Positions 1-13,156 of a stretch of 64,000 nucleotides of DNA are shown piece after piece. This stretch comes from Oculina patagonica (taxonomy: Eukaryota): positions 23,126,001 through 23,190,000 of the forward strand of contig NC_135771.1 of the NCBI RefSeq assembly GCF_052425735.1, in the 5' to 3' direction. A model generated the notes under the pieces. It did no database searches and was not told the origin of the DNA. It was given only the letters and a program-made list of their open reading frames with translations. A program made the position numbers and the translations under genes. Every line of letters starts with the position of its first letter. Within the stretch, counting starts at the first letter, position 1.

Positions 1-657
1 ACAAAAACCGGATAAGCTCCGGCGGTATGGGCCACTAAGCATGAGGCAGACTTTGGAATTCGAGGAACCGGTGTTTTTAACTATCCCCGCTACATCAAAC
101 AAATGCCTTGTGTTCATTGCTTCTTTTCTTTATTATTTTTAACTTACAGAATGTATTTTGTGTTTTATTTTACGTCCATATTTCTTGTGTCTTGTGCGCT
201 GGCATACTTCTACTTTAACTAAACTGCATGATAAGTCCTTCATTGCCTGATTGCTACTTGGAATCTGTGGAGGAAAAAATAAGGAACTGAAGCTAGATAA
301 GGTGGGGAGTTGTGCGAGAGCCTAATGCAAAAAGAAAGGGTAAATAGTTGTTCCTTATGATGTCCCTGGTTCACATTAACTTACCTGTACTTCTTACTTA
401 ATTGTATTGAGGAAAATGTTTCTATACAGACCCTTGTTTCCCTATAACAGAAATTGCGGTCCGATAAATATTTATTTCTTAGTGGTCTAGTCAACAACGA
501 GACGGCAAGCTCGTGGTCACTACTGAGTCAACTATCAAAAGCCGATAGAACCGTATGCGATTTGTCTAATTGTTTTAGCATAACCCTGCAAAAAGTTGAG
601 TGAAGGTGGGTGAAGGTGGTTTATTTATAGTTTTGGTTTGTGATTTCGACGATTTTA

Positions 658-1118
658 CCCGGGGGGGGGGGGGGGGGGTTACTCCCATATGTGGCCTATA
701 TAGGTATGTGCCGCCCGATAGCGTATGGTTTTCGAAGTTCTCGGTCCTTAAATAGGGTATCATTTTTGCTCCTTTTGGCAATGTGTTTCTGGTGTGACCC
801 TTAGATAGGGTACCTAAATTCTATTAGCTAAAATAAACGCCCAGCTAAACGAAAAAAAGATATCTTAAAACTGAATTTTCTGTTCAGGTATTAGAAAAGC
901 TATTTTATAAAGATTTGTGTCTTGCCGTGCGCGGTTAGCCGTTATTTGGGTTGTCACGGAACACTTCTCCTCCCCTTGAATAGGGTGTCATTTTTCGGTT
1001 TTGGGCCTTAAAAAGGCTATCAATTTTCGCTTTCTTTATCCTTAAATAGGGTCAGGGTTTAAGAACCTTTTCGGCACACCCCTATCCGAAATTTATGGGA
1101 GTACCCCCCCCCCCCGGG
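658..1118. mobile_element. MITE with CCCGGG-polyG termini
   Basis: CCCG(n)TTACTCCCATA ... TATGGGAGTAC(n)GGG; absent from the paralogous Ly6 3' regions. Confidence 0.7.
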
Positions 1119-1493
1119 GGCAATTTTACTTGAGCGCGCTCCCAGGGCGGTCTATCAGTAACAATTAGACGCCAAGCTCGAGGTTTCTATCAAAAGCCGG
1201 TAGAAACCGATAGCTAGCCGTCTAAGGTTTTAGCATAACCCAACTGCAAATCTATTAAACACAAAATATAGCTAGAGTTGATTATTTGAATGTTTTGTTG
1301 ATGAAATTCCGCAAAAAACTGAGCGCGCGCACCAAGAGCCGTCTAACGATCGGTAGAAGGCACATGTGTAGCCAATCAGATCGCGCGTTTTGCCAACAGA
1401 CGGCAGCTGTGTTATGCTAACGAAAATTAGACAGCGCTTGCGTAGCCAATCATATTACGAGTTTGCCTAACAGTCAGTCACTGCGTTATGCTA

Positions 1494-2303
1494 CTAAAGA
1501 AAGTTAGAAGTTTTTCTCTCACTTGGCAATCCAGGCAAGCCCGCGTTACACTCGTCAGTATAACAGCAGTTGACAGCACATTGTCCATCTGTCATGTCAT
1601 CACAGGCCTTTTTGACAGCATCGCACAGTGGTTTCGTGGAGCACGCCTTCGCCACTGATGTTTTGTCATCTTTTTTAGCCCAGACTGTAATGCAGCGATC
1701 CACTGTAAAGAGTGTGGGTGATAAGGGACATGTCATCAAGTATTTAGCTTTGTCTGCTACCAGTTTATCCTTTGCACATTCATCGTCAGTACCGGCACAA
1801 ACGTAACACTTTATGGCACCAGCTAAAAAAAAAAAAAAAAAAAAAAATTAGCTAAAAGCGCATGTGTTGTTGACAAGTACAGTGGAACCTCGATTTCACG
1901 AAGTGCCAAGGGACTGGGGAAATTGAGATTGCATTGAGATTTCCTTCACTCGTCGTTTAGTTATTCACTAAAGGGCGCTTAGGGTGTGGAGTTCCCTGTG
2001 TTGTGGTCTTGTCTTTGTCCATTGGGCTGTGTACTGTGAAATGCTCGGAGATACTAGTATAAGCTACTCTGCAAATCCGCGCGGGGGTAAAAAGCAAAGT
2101 AACAATGATTCACTGATCACAGATTACGGTCGTCTTTAAGTTTTTATTTAAATGAGGTACGTTTATGCTTTGAAAAAATTTACGCTTTTTCTCCGAAGTT
2201 AAAAAAAAAGACACACAAAGTGGCAGAATTGACTAACTACGACCTTACCAGAGACAAAGGTCCAGCAGAAGAAAACGGCACAAAGGACAAGAAAGTACTT
2301 CAT
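1494..2303 (-). CDS. Ly6/uPAR (three-finger) secreted protein, copy 1. Exons 2303-2249 and 1822-1494 (127 aa); possible alternative last exon at 264-254
   Basis: Exon 1 encodes signal peptide MKYFLVLCAVFFCWTFVS, followed by a GTAAGG donor (phase 1). PolyT-AG acceptor at 1823-1824. Exon 2 reads KCYVC...C...C...C...C...C...C...C..NCCYTDECN, a 12-Cys LU-type pattern ending CCxxxxCN. The spliced frame is intact. Confidence 0.85.
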
Positions 2304-3990
2304 TGTTACGTTGTTCGGTGATGAGTGTGTTCCGTCTGAGGTACTGAATGGATATCTCGCAGGACTGTGGGATAATTAGCATGTTATTAATATTATTAAT
2401 ATTTATTGCGTTCGACGAAGGAAAGTGCAAGCCTAATTTTGTTTTGGCGTCCTGTGTCTTTTTAGTTGGTATGCCTGTGTACTGTTATGCGGGATGAATC
2501 GAGCCGTAATGCGCGCGCAGATGTATGGACTCCAGATTGGCCGCCCCAATTGATTTTTGAAATTCGGCCCAAATACGCATGTTTCAAGTGCAATTTAACA
2601 CGTTGCTTTGTCGTTATTCTTTTCGCTTCTTGCTCTTTTTTCGCTTATCTGCTATATGTTTGATGAGGGAGATGAAAAGGCTTGCGGATCGACGTATTGG
2701 GCCTACAAACGCGCCCGGATTGCGGATTTTTTGCGATACATCGCATATCGAGCAAATTCCTGGACCTCAAAAACACGGGAACGCGGATTAGCTGAGAATT
2801 TTAGGGCGGATTCCAGACTCTTCATGTCAGGAAGCTCTAATAACGTGGATACTAAAAAGAAGTTCAAATCAGGCTTCCATGGTCTGTTGACAAAATTGTT
2901 GCAAAAACAAGCAATAAAACGAATCTTCTTAAAAGAGTAGAACTACTCAAAGGTTTCAAGATATGCGAATTCGGATTTGAACGAAAATAGCGGCGGATAT
3001 ACGGATTTGGCCAAAAAAAACGGATCGGCGGATCTGTGTACATCTATTCACCCTTTCCCTTAATATTGTAGTCTATTTACAACTATAACTTACTACAATG
3101 GGGTCTCTGTAAGTTTTTCTCTTTGAAGTCCGATCACTCTCTTGTGATCTCCTCTTGGTTTGATCTCTTTGAAGAACTAAATGCGTTGCGTGCTTCTCGT
3201 CCTTTCAAATGTCCTAATTATGTAAAATATAGAGCATAAAATCCATAGCTTCAAATTCGAAAAAGTATTGTTGACACTCACGCTATAACAGCTCAGACCA
3301 TTTGGCGCCAGAAGATCTCAAACACAGCGCATGCTCAATTGTATTTAACTAGGGTGGCCTTCTCAATATTTACTTAGTGAACATATTTCGTTGAGCAAAA
3401 CTATAGAAAATTTTACTCGTCATAAAAATTTCAAGCAACCTACGGCTAGCCATAGAGAGCGTGAAAATAAACAGCCATTCTTTTATACATGTTTAATTCA
3501 ATTGTTGAACAAAAAACGACGCTCAAAGCTTGCAAACATAAACAAAAGACGACACAGTCTACCAAAGGGGGGAAGCCCAAGAAAATTTTCTCTTGTTGCC
3601 TAGATAATAAACTGCAACTAAAAACATTTCGGACGACACTTGAATTTCTAAAACATACAACGTAACCATTAAAAAATACAAAGTAAAGAAGGAAAGTACA
3701 CACTGTTAAAATAGAGTTACTTTTTAAGCAAACGTTTTCTCTGATACACGCAATGTTTTGTGATGCGCAAAATGTGTCCATTGTTTACTCAATACTGGTT
3801 AGGCAACGAAAATGGTTGACTGTTAAATATCTAAAATGATCACTTTCCATGTATAAAAAAAATTGTTGTTTAGAATAACTACTTTTCAGAACACGAAGGA
3901 AAATTGGTTGTATTTTCTACTCTGATATATTGTAAAAAAAAACTGCAAATGTTACTAAGTCAGTCGGAGTAAGAGACGTGATCTGGTTTG

Positions 3991-4120
3991 TTTGCTTGTA
4001 ACTCCGTAACACTTCAGCTTTCTTGGAATCTGCACGCTATACTGATAAGAGTTCCTGGCGTCACTAAAATGAAGCTGTTTTACGGAAAGACTGGATTTTG
4101 GTCAACAAACCGCTGTTCTC
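3991..4120 (-). pseudogene. 3' relic of fibrinogen-like exon 3 upstream of Ly6 copy 1
   Basis: Near reverse complement of 43912-44042. Confidence 0.7.
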
Positions 4121-5350
4121 AAGACATGTGAAATCATTTGCGTCGCAGGTGTATCAGGCATTTGATTCTACAGATTTGAATTATATTGGAGTTTTGTTAA
4201 CATTTTACTGTTATTGCAAGCTTTTGTGAAAATGCATAGAAAAACAGCTGCTTGGAAAAACTAAGAACAAGACTATAATTTTTCGTAACTGTCGAAAATT
4301 TTACTCAAGAATCTCAAACTGAAAAATGCGAAGATGTGTTTGTGTGTTGTAAGCGGTCTCGGTGAGGAAAATGGTAATTTAGTATTCAAAAAATGGATTA
4401 CTTTTAATTAGTATTTTAGGCTTTCAGACATACTTTATAGTTGCAAGAGTGGGAAGAGTTAAATTCCATTTTCAATCCACAAATATTGTAAATATTTAAG
4501 TTATAAAAATCTTCAAGATATTTTAGTTTCTGCAAAATGTTTTGAACTGCTCATCCTTTATATATATTTCATTTTTATAGACTGAACTTTTAACGATACA
4601 AACAACGATTCATCTCCGTATTCGCGAAAAAAAACGTTTGAAAACAACTCGTGGAGAATTTTATTTTCAGGAGTAAATAGTGCCCCAACTTTTCTCTGTT
4701 ATCAGATAGATTACGGTAGTTGAGTGTGTTTTGGGTTTCCAACCCAAACCGCGCACCATCAATCCCATAACGCAAAGAGCATCGACCAAGGAGGACGACG
4801 CCTGGGAACACAAGGCATGCCGGGCCAGGCGCACGTGCGTTTGTCAAACTTTCCGAGGCCATGTCGGATACGGACAACTATATTGTCTGCAGAATATGCT
4901 TACCAAAAAAGGTTCAGTTTTTGTCGATTTACAAAGTAGGTAATGAAACCTTACATTTAGGAAATGTAAAGAGTTTTCTGCCTGGTCTACAACGCCATAT
5001 AAGAAATTGAAATTAAAAAAAGCCCAAATTGGCTTTGTGCGGTTTGAGAAATAAAAGCCAGGTTCGAAGAAGTTTATGGACCGTAGACACTTATTCTTAG
5101 GACTGTTTTTTTTTTAATTTCTCCATAAAATGTATCCATAAAAATTGTTGGCGGTCGAAGTCGAAGACCCTTTACTAACTTTCGACTTTAAATTTGCTCA
5201 ATTTGATATTTGATTCCCTTCTCCCCACCCCACCATCCCCCAATCCTCCCACTCGCGCTATGCGCTCGCTTCCAATCCCCCCACTCGCGATTCTCTATCA
5301 GAATCCGCGCTCAATTGGCCTTGAAAAAGTCTGTAGAGGAGGTAGGGGAG

Positions 5351-5518
5351 ATAGGCCATTTCCGAGTTACCCCTGCCTCTGTTTCAAAACGAGTCTACGC
5401 GCGAAACCATTCATATGAAAATCGTTTGCTCATGTAAATCAACTCATTTTCATTTGAATGGTTTCGCACGTAGACTCGGTTCGAAACAGAGGCAAAGGGT
5501 AACTCGGAAATGGCCTAT
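5351..5518. mobile_element. Palindromic MITE
   Basis: ATAGGCCATTTCCGAGTTACCC ... GGGTAACTCGGAAATGGCCTAT. Confidence 0.7.
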
Positions 5519-5642
5519 TGGGTTTGTTTAAAATTGGCTATTATTTTAAAACTAAAACAGTCCTTGGGTCTTTCTTTACGCAGTGAACAATTAGTCGCTG
5601 TATAAATTAACTTAAGTCTTGAGGACTTGAGCGGATGAATTA

Positions 5643-6051
5643 CACTCTTTTTTTTTATAAGAATACAGTTTTTCCGACCCAAGCTGAATATTCTTATTTT
5701 TTTGCCGATTTTAGGCTGAAAATATTCTTATGAACATTCTTAGAAAATGCCGTTTGACATTTCCGTTTTAGCTAGTATTGGGTAATCAATTACAAGTGTT
5801 TGGTGTCCAGATCTGTATCGTGTTACATTGTGCACATGTACCATTGCTTTTCGTTGCAGCCTGGCCGTTTTGGCTTTAAACAAAGCATTCCTCACAGAGA
5901 TAAAGTAACGGAAATGAAAATACTTGATTTTGTTTCAACTAAAAACTATATTATTTTCAAAATCTCAGCCTCGAATTTAGTCTTAAAATATTCTTAAAAA
6001 TTTCAGCCTCGATATTCTTATAAACTAGATTCTTATAAAATGAAAAGAGTG
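5643..6051. mobile_element. TA-flanked MITE
   Basis: TA-CACTCTTTT..TATAAGAAT ... ATTCTTATAAAATGAAAAGAGTG-TA; missing from the paralogous flank at ~12815. Confidence 0.6.
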
Positions 6052-6847
6052 TACTATACAACTTTTTCTTTAACACTTGCTTTATTAAGATGGTTTAATT
6101 TCCGCACAATTTTCGAGCAATACAGGCAAAAATAAAGTTACCAAAAAGACCTCTTATCATGGCAACAGTTTTAGTACAGCTAACAAAAACCTGCCAAAAA
6201 TTTAGCACTCAAGCTGACCCCGCGAGAGAAAAATGGATTTGAAGTTGTCTTTATTTCAGTTAAAACGGACGTTTCGCGCCAGTTCAAAACAAAATGGCGC
6301 GTGTTTTATACAATTTTTCGAGGTTTGACTTTAATTTTCTCGAGAATGCTTTAGAATATAATTGCGGGGTCACTAAGACAAATGAATGAGATCTTTTAAA
6401 TAGTATACAAAATGTTGCCTTACTATGAGTAGATTTTTGGTACTTAATTTTCGCACTCATTGCTCGAACTTTCAGCGGAATCCGTCTAAAATATAACAGA
6501 TTAATTCTACCTTAATTTACAGTTGGCGAAACCAGTTAACAGGAAACAATAAATCATCATAGAATCAGATTTACTTTAATTTACAACTGAAACGAAATAT
6601 TTGATCCTGATTTGTTATCAATCATCTCTGATTTTAAAAACCGTAAACAAAAAGAAGTAAAATATCTTTTACATAGCCGACTTATCCTACATAACACTGG
6701 AACAGGCCTTCGTGACATGAAGTTGGTGCCTGCTCAGCGCAGTTAATGTTCATTACCAAATTTATATCAACACACAGTGGTAGACGGCTTAGCGAATTGA
6801 CTAGAGTAAATGTCTCGAAATGTAAAAAAACAGGACGTGGTTTACGT

Positions 6848-9202
6848 TCATTTGCTCGTAACTCCGTAACACTTCAGTTTCCCAAGAGTGTGATAGCCAT
6901 ATTCAGAACTGTGGCCAGTATCTCCAAATCTCAGCTGTTTTACGGGAAGATGGGACTTGTTGGTCAACAAACCGCTGTCCTCGCGCCACGTGCCATCATC
7001 TTTATCGCAGTTGCATCCATCCCCGGCGTCAGCGCAGGTGCCAGTTACCCCGCATGCGCACTTGTAAGGAAAGCTGGAGTTACTTCCTCCCCAATACGTC
7101 ATCTTGTCTCCATCACGTGACACCCACCAGCCATACATGTTACCGTTGTTTAGGAGACTTGAGTCATAACACTTGTACTTGATAAACTGCTCACAGCGTG
7201 CGGATATGGCCGTTAGGCTTGCCAGCTTGAGAAGATCTGCCCCAGTGTAGTGGATGTCACGTTGGTAACAGCCTTTCGGTTCACAATCTGACACTTGCGT
7301 TTTGTCTTCACTGTCGTGACTGATGACTGTCACGCCAACGTTGTTCTTGTCAGTCATATCACAGTCAACAGTGAAAGGTGTCACGCCTCCTTCTCCATCA
7401 GGGTCGATGACGTAGGAACCACTTGGAGCTTTGGGATTGCTTAGCTTTATCAGACCACAGCTTGCTGCAAAAAAATGTTGAAATATAATAATAATACTAG
7501 TTGTACCTATCGGTAAGTGCCAACGAGCGAAATACTCATGTTTGTTCATAAGAACAGATATTGAATATTTCTCTGGTGTTCATAAATGACACTGGCTTGA
7601 TAGCCTGCGTAGCAGGCGCCGTAGTTTCCAGCGCGCGTATTCTCGCGATCGTGCACTCTTTTAAACACACTAAAAAACGTACACAGATGTCTGCTACGCT
7701 CACTTGAACGTTCAAGGATTATTTGGAGACAAAATTTTTATTCAAGTTAACATTACATTTGCCGTTAGAAGCAAACAATTTTGACTTTCTTGTGTGTATG
7801 ACATGCAGTAATTTTAGTGAGCGTCGCTTTGAATTGATGTTATTCCTACGCAGAGCGAAAATGCGTGCCAAATAAAATATAAACGGTATTTGATTTGGAA
7901 TAAATCATCGGTCAAAAATTACTATTAACACAATCAACACTAAAAGGAAGCATTTACCCGACTTCAGCATTCTCATAAGTCAAGAAAACTCTATTTGAAG
8001 GCAACAGTCCGCTTTTGATTTTCATGTCTCTCTTCGATCGTAAATCAAAGGACTCCAAAGTCGGAAGATTATTTCATCGCTTTGAAGACCTTGATGTTCA
8101 TTTTTTCGGCGGTCGAAAATTCTGTAGGGTATTCTCTTTCGATTTATAGTTCCCTAAAGGTGTATTTATCGGTAAAGGGATGAATGACCACATTGAAAAT
8201 TTTAACAGCGAGCCGCGTGGACGCCATTTTGGTCATTTGCTCTCTAGCAAGGAGTGAGAGACTGGGAACCAGTTGGGAAGAACAATACAACCCAAATATG
8301 GGGTTTACTTACACCCAAATATGGTAAAAAAAAAGTCCCTTACGCAGAACGTAAGATTTTCTCTGCCTATACACTCATACGCACACGGCTCTATGATTCT
8401 GCCGCCTCGACAGCCTCACCTCTTGGCTCGGCTGTCTCGTTGGCAATTAAAAAGTTTTGGGTTTAATATTTACAAATTGTCGGAGCGCAGGAAGGGGATG
8501 TAATGATAGCAAAACGGTACTTAGAAATGCACATGCAGAACAAAATGACGAGCATCTCAACTGAAACACAGTTATAAAAAGAGTTAGTAGTTTTTCAATC
8601 TAACGAGCTTTGCAGTTAAATACATCAACATGTGAACTGTTGAATTTGTACCTGCTGCCAATTCGCAGTAAGTTCCAGAGAATCCCAGCTTGCAGCGACA
8701 TCGATAGGAGTTCAGTTCATATTCAGGAACACATTCGGCACCGTTTTTGCAAGGCTCGCTTTCACATGGAGACTGAAAATAAAGTCAAAATCGGTTATAA
8801 TATTCAACCTGCTGAGTATTAATAAGTCAGCAGAGAACTTGTGTATGATCTGATAACTCTTACCGGTGGACTGTAATGATGGAATGTATCATTGGCGTGA
8901 AACTTTTTAGTTGCTCTGTACTTGTCAGTGGCCAACAACTCACACAGATAAAGACCTTTTGAGTCAGGATACGCCGCAACGTTAAGCGAGAAGCACTTTG
9001 GTTCACCAACACAAAGGAAAGCGCAGTCTAACTGGTCTGCCACCTCGGACGATGTTATTTTCAGCACCCATAAGTAGTGGAGGGAATTTCGCTTAAAGTT
9101 ACCAAAAGAAATGTTGCCTGTTGGATTTCGATAAAGCGCGCTGTTTTCCATAGCGCGCATCGTTTGGGAGATAACAAACAACAGGAGTGGTAGCAGCAGC
9201 AT
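6848..9202 (-). CDS. Secreted PAN/apple + EGF + Caspr/neurexin-IV-type fibrinogen-like protein, copy A. Exons 9202-8864, 8772-8652, 7464-6848 (358 aa)
   Basis: Signal peptide [16 protein letters not shown]-like CAFLC..KCFSLN..CELL. EGF exon [19 protein letters not shown]. Exon 3 has [59 protein letters not shown] junctions (phases 0, 1) give one continuous frame. Confidence 0.88.
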
Positions 9203-10093
9203 GGCGCGGGGCTGCCAACAACAAAATGTGTTGTTTGAGGATGCAGGAACACCTTAAATTTTCAAGCCATGTCTGAATATGTTAGTTACGTTGATTGACA
9301 TGTTTTTCACATCTCGTTGAATGCTTTACGTTATTAATTTCTCCTAGTTATGTCAATAATGGAAATCTTCTGTCTAATTATAAAAATTAACTTGAAATTT
9401 GAGTGTGGAATTTTCGAAAATTTTCGAATTTTCGAAGTTGAGCGAGTATCAACAACGTGTTTTTGCTAACAAGTAAATGTTGGGAAATAACGTAAAAATT
9501 TCTATTATATTATATATTATATTTCTGTTTCATGATCCGACAATATATGAGTATAACGTTTATTTGGCGAAATGTGATATAACTTGCATCACCTTCTTTG
9601 GTAAAAAAAGCCATAAACCGTCACTAGGTAAAAACGGAAACCAAAACCATTATTATTATCTTTTTTCTTTATTATCGAGAATTGTTTTTACCATTGAACG
9701 ATTTCTTTTTATATTTTAAAAGTTCTAAAACAATTTCGTACGGTGTTTAACTAATGCTGTTCTCACAATAAGGAAAATAGTGTTTAATTTCATGTCTGAA
9801 TGACTTAATTATTACCCTCAGCACATTAAACGACTAAGAGGACATCATTTTCGGTTTAAATCCCCATATAAACGCTATCCACTTGATTGGTTCCATATAT
9901 TATTAGGGTTCTCTTAACATTTTTTGTATGGACTGTTAGACAGAATAAGATATGCTTATGTTTAACACTTTCCGAAGCGTGCGTTAAAGAGAAGAGGAGA
10001 ACCTCTGCTTGGAACAAACTGAATTCAGGACTACCATTTTTTTTTTCTATTTGTGTAGAATTTAATAATGTGGTCCGCGGAATATGGACGTAG

Positions 10094-10229
10094 TTTTAAT
10101 TTTGAATTTGTCCTGCATTTATTCTCAAGTTAATTGTATTTTGAATTTTGAATTTGTCCTGCATTTATTCTCAAGTTAATTGTATTTTTAATTTTGAACT
10201 TGTCCTGAATTTATTCTCAAGTTAATTGT
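10094..10229. repeat. ~47-bp tandem repeat, 3 copies
   Basis: AATTTTGAATTTGTCCTGCATTTATTCTCAAGTTAATTGT repeated. Confidence 0.85.
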
Positions 10230-11698
10230 TACATGTACCTAAGTTTGAAATGTTAAGAGGAAGAAAACGAAATAAGATACGACTTGTAGCACCTGGTTAA
10301 TAAAGGGAAGACAAAACTGTTGCTGGGTCAAAACAGAAATCAATGTTAATATAATTATTCTTAATTGTCGAGAATTTTTCTTTCTTATGCCGTTCGTGTA
10401 AAGGACGATTTCCTTTTATAATTTTTAAAAGAAGTACAAAAAAATGTTTGTCCGGTGTTAAAGAAAAATAGTTTTAATTTTCTGTGCAGAAAGACCTTAA
10501 ATTTCAATTACGTCTTTTTAGGCGTGGGTGAAAACAAGTCAATATCATTGATTGAAGGATTTATGAATGCTATATTTACATGACGCAAAATGCTAGCTCA
10601 ACACTACCTAAAACTGCAAAGTTGGTTTTGTAATTATATAAAAGTTAAGTTCAATTTCTATAAGATATCATTTCATAACACTGATAGTTCGTCGGTGTTA
10701 AGTTATGAAGGTCTTATAACAAGGGAAATGCAGTAGTTTTAATTTTCGGTGCAGGAAGACGTTGAATTTTGACTAACGTCTGAACAAGTTAGCTGTATTG
10801 TCAACATTGACTAAAAGCCGGTGGAACAGTAAATATGAAGTCATTTTCATGCATAATTTTATATTTCCTTTAGACTGTTGACAAAATAAGATATGACTTG
10901 CTTTCATCACCAGACGAAGCATTCAATAACATGAAGGGAAAAACTAATGCTTTAAAAACACACAAAACAAAACTACAATTCTTCTTACATTTAGTTTTCA
11001 AGAATATTACCCCTTCATATTGGAAAGAAACAAAACATGCAGAAAATTTATGCGAGTTCTAATTTTAATTACTCAATTTAAATTATTTGGTTTAGTTATG
11101 ACAGGTGTATAAAAACATGACAATATTTCGTAATTAAGAGGCTACGAAGAAGTCAATTTCGACTTGAAATTAGTCCCCATATAAATGTCATCGAGTTATA
11201 AATATATAGGACGTTCATATTATATTAATTTTTTTCGCAGAAAGTTGTTTCTCTCGACTTATAATTAAAGTTTTCTTTACGTTTGGAGAAAGTTTTTTCT
11301 TCACCTTAAAGCGATATAATAAAGTTAATTATTTTAGTTTCATTTTTTGATCACCTTTAATCCGATACATGGGCGGGGGGAGTTGCGTTTTATTTTTCAA
11401 TAAATTATTCAATGCCAATGGCTTGGCTAAATCGGTATTCTGGTGTATGAACCCGTCAAAACATACATGTTTTAATTTAAAGATAATTATTATAATTTAA
11501 GTCTTCAGATATAAGTTAGTTTAGTAGTTTTCTTTTCACATTGTTTTCGTGCGTTATATACCTTTTATCTTTGCTGGTTTTCAAATTCGTCGATACGAAA
11601 CTTTACACTTTGCAAGGTGATCCTCGTGACAAGTCTGACGTTAATACGAAACCACGTCCAATTATCCCAAAATGGGACACTGCAACATGTCCCTGATA

Positions 11699-12044
11699 CA
11701 GTTGAACCTCGTTATTAATTCGAACTGTCAGAGGAAACAAAAAAAATACAGTTGAACCCCGCTATTTCGAAACCGTCAGGAGAAACAAAAAAATAGTTCG
11801 AAATAGGTGATAGTAAATGACTGAAGGGAAAATCCAAGGGAAGCGGGTTCTTGTTCAAAATAACGCGGAATTCGAAATAACCGAGTTCGAATTAGCGGGG
11901 TTCGACTGTAGTACGAAATAGCAGGAGTTCGAAATAGCCGATGGTAAATGACTGAAGGGAAATTAAAATCCAAGGGAAACGCGTTATTGCCGAAATAACG
12001 GGGAAGTCGAAAAAACCGAGATCGAATTGGTGGAGTTCAACCGT
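11699..12044. mobile_element. Nested Tc1/mariner(pogo)-like MITEs
   Basis: Two TACAGTTGAACC starts (~11697, ~11747) and two matching ends, GGTTCGACTGTA (~11910) and AGTTCAACCGTA (~12045). Confidence 0.6.
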
Positions 12045-13156
12045 ACATTTGCTTGGTGTGTGTACACGTTATGACCTTGTCGCTGCAACATTTTCTTTCG
12101 TATATCAGCACTATTTTGACTATTCCATGAACGTTTTTCTTTTCTTATCAAATACTTTTAGTAATAACGAGAAGACAGAGAAGAGAATACATGAAGGCAA
12201 AATTAGAGCTACAACAAATGGTGGAGGACTTTTATCAACGATTTACGTTAACTTATCAGTCAACAAATGCGGCTAAAACATCGCAAACAACTTGAACGTT
12301 TTAAAATGACTAAAGCGAGTTCGAGAAATGGAAAAATTCCTCTCAATCATCCGAATGGAACCTGGGTCTAGTTACTCTTTTGCGCATGCTCATTTGAAAG
12401 TGAGGCTACAGTGTCATGTGCGATATGATGTGCAGTGTATTGCAAGCACAGAGGTGGACGATCTTAGCAAGAGCAGCATGCTCCAAGCAGCCCGCAACTT
12501 ATATCACCGTTTAGAAGCTTGTATATGGTCGCTTGGAGTTACTTTCAAGAATAGAATCGATAGCTTTCACAGGCAGTGGACACGTGTAAAACAGTACCTT
12601 TAGACGAAATTAATTTTCCCGCCTTTTGACTGGGAATTCAGTTACAGAAGAGGGGCCTGAACCCCACCTTCATCGGTGACGTCGCCGAGTCGCTCTCATG
12701 AGTCCTCGCCTCAGGCTACGCGCATCTCAATATTCTAGATCTATCAAAGAAGTGAAACAAGAGATAATATAACCAGCGAAGAACGCTTGTTCTATAATAA
12801 ACCTAAAGTCCTGAGCGGATGAATAACCATACACTTTTTTATTTAACTCTTGCTTTATTAACTTTACCTTAATTTACGTGGCACAATTGACTTAACAGGA
12901 AGCAATAAATCATACAGTCAAAATTTCTTTAATTTACAACTTAAACGAAATATTTGACGCTAAATTGTTATCATGTTTTTTAAAATCATTTCTGACTTCA
13001 AGCATCAGTAACGAAAAGGAGTACATTTTAACCTGTCATATTCAACATAGCAATTATTCATTTTCAGTGTAAAGTGCTTGACCATACATTGGCAGACTAC
13101 TTAGTGAGTTGACTAAAACTGATGTATCTAAATGCAATGTTAGGTTAGTAAGTCAG

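Noticed and set aside
2579-2940. ORFs recurring upstream of Ly6 genes (also 41066-41251, 45067-45486)
   Set aside because: Part of the duplicated non-coding unit; reading frames are not preserved between copies.
6746-7120. Antisense ORFs over exon 3 (also 13109-13429, 52160-52432) and over gag (56269-56707)
   Set aside because: Shadow frames of the real coding strand with no recognisable motifs.
6848-9202. Assigning the gene symbol CNTNAP2 or neurexin-4
   Set aside because: Only the EGF-fibrinogen-like module is shared; there are no discoidin, LamG or transmembrane domains, so orthology is unsupported.
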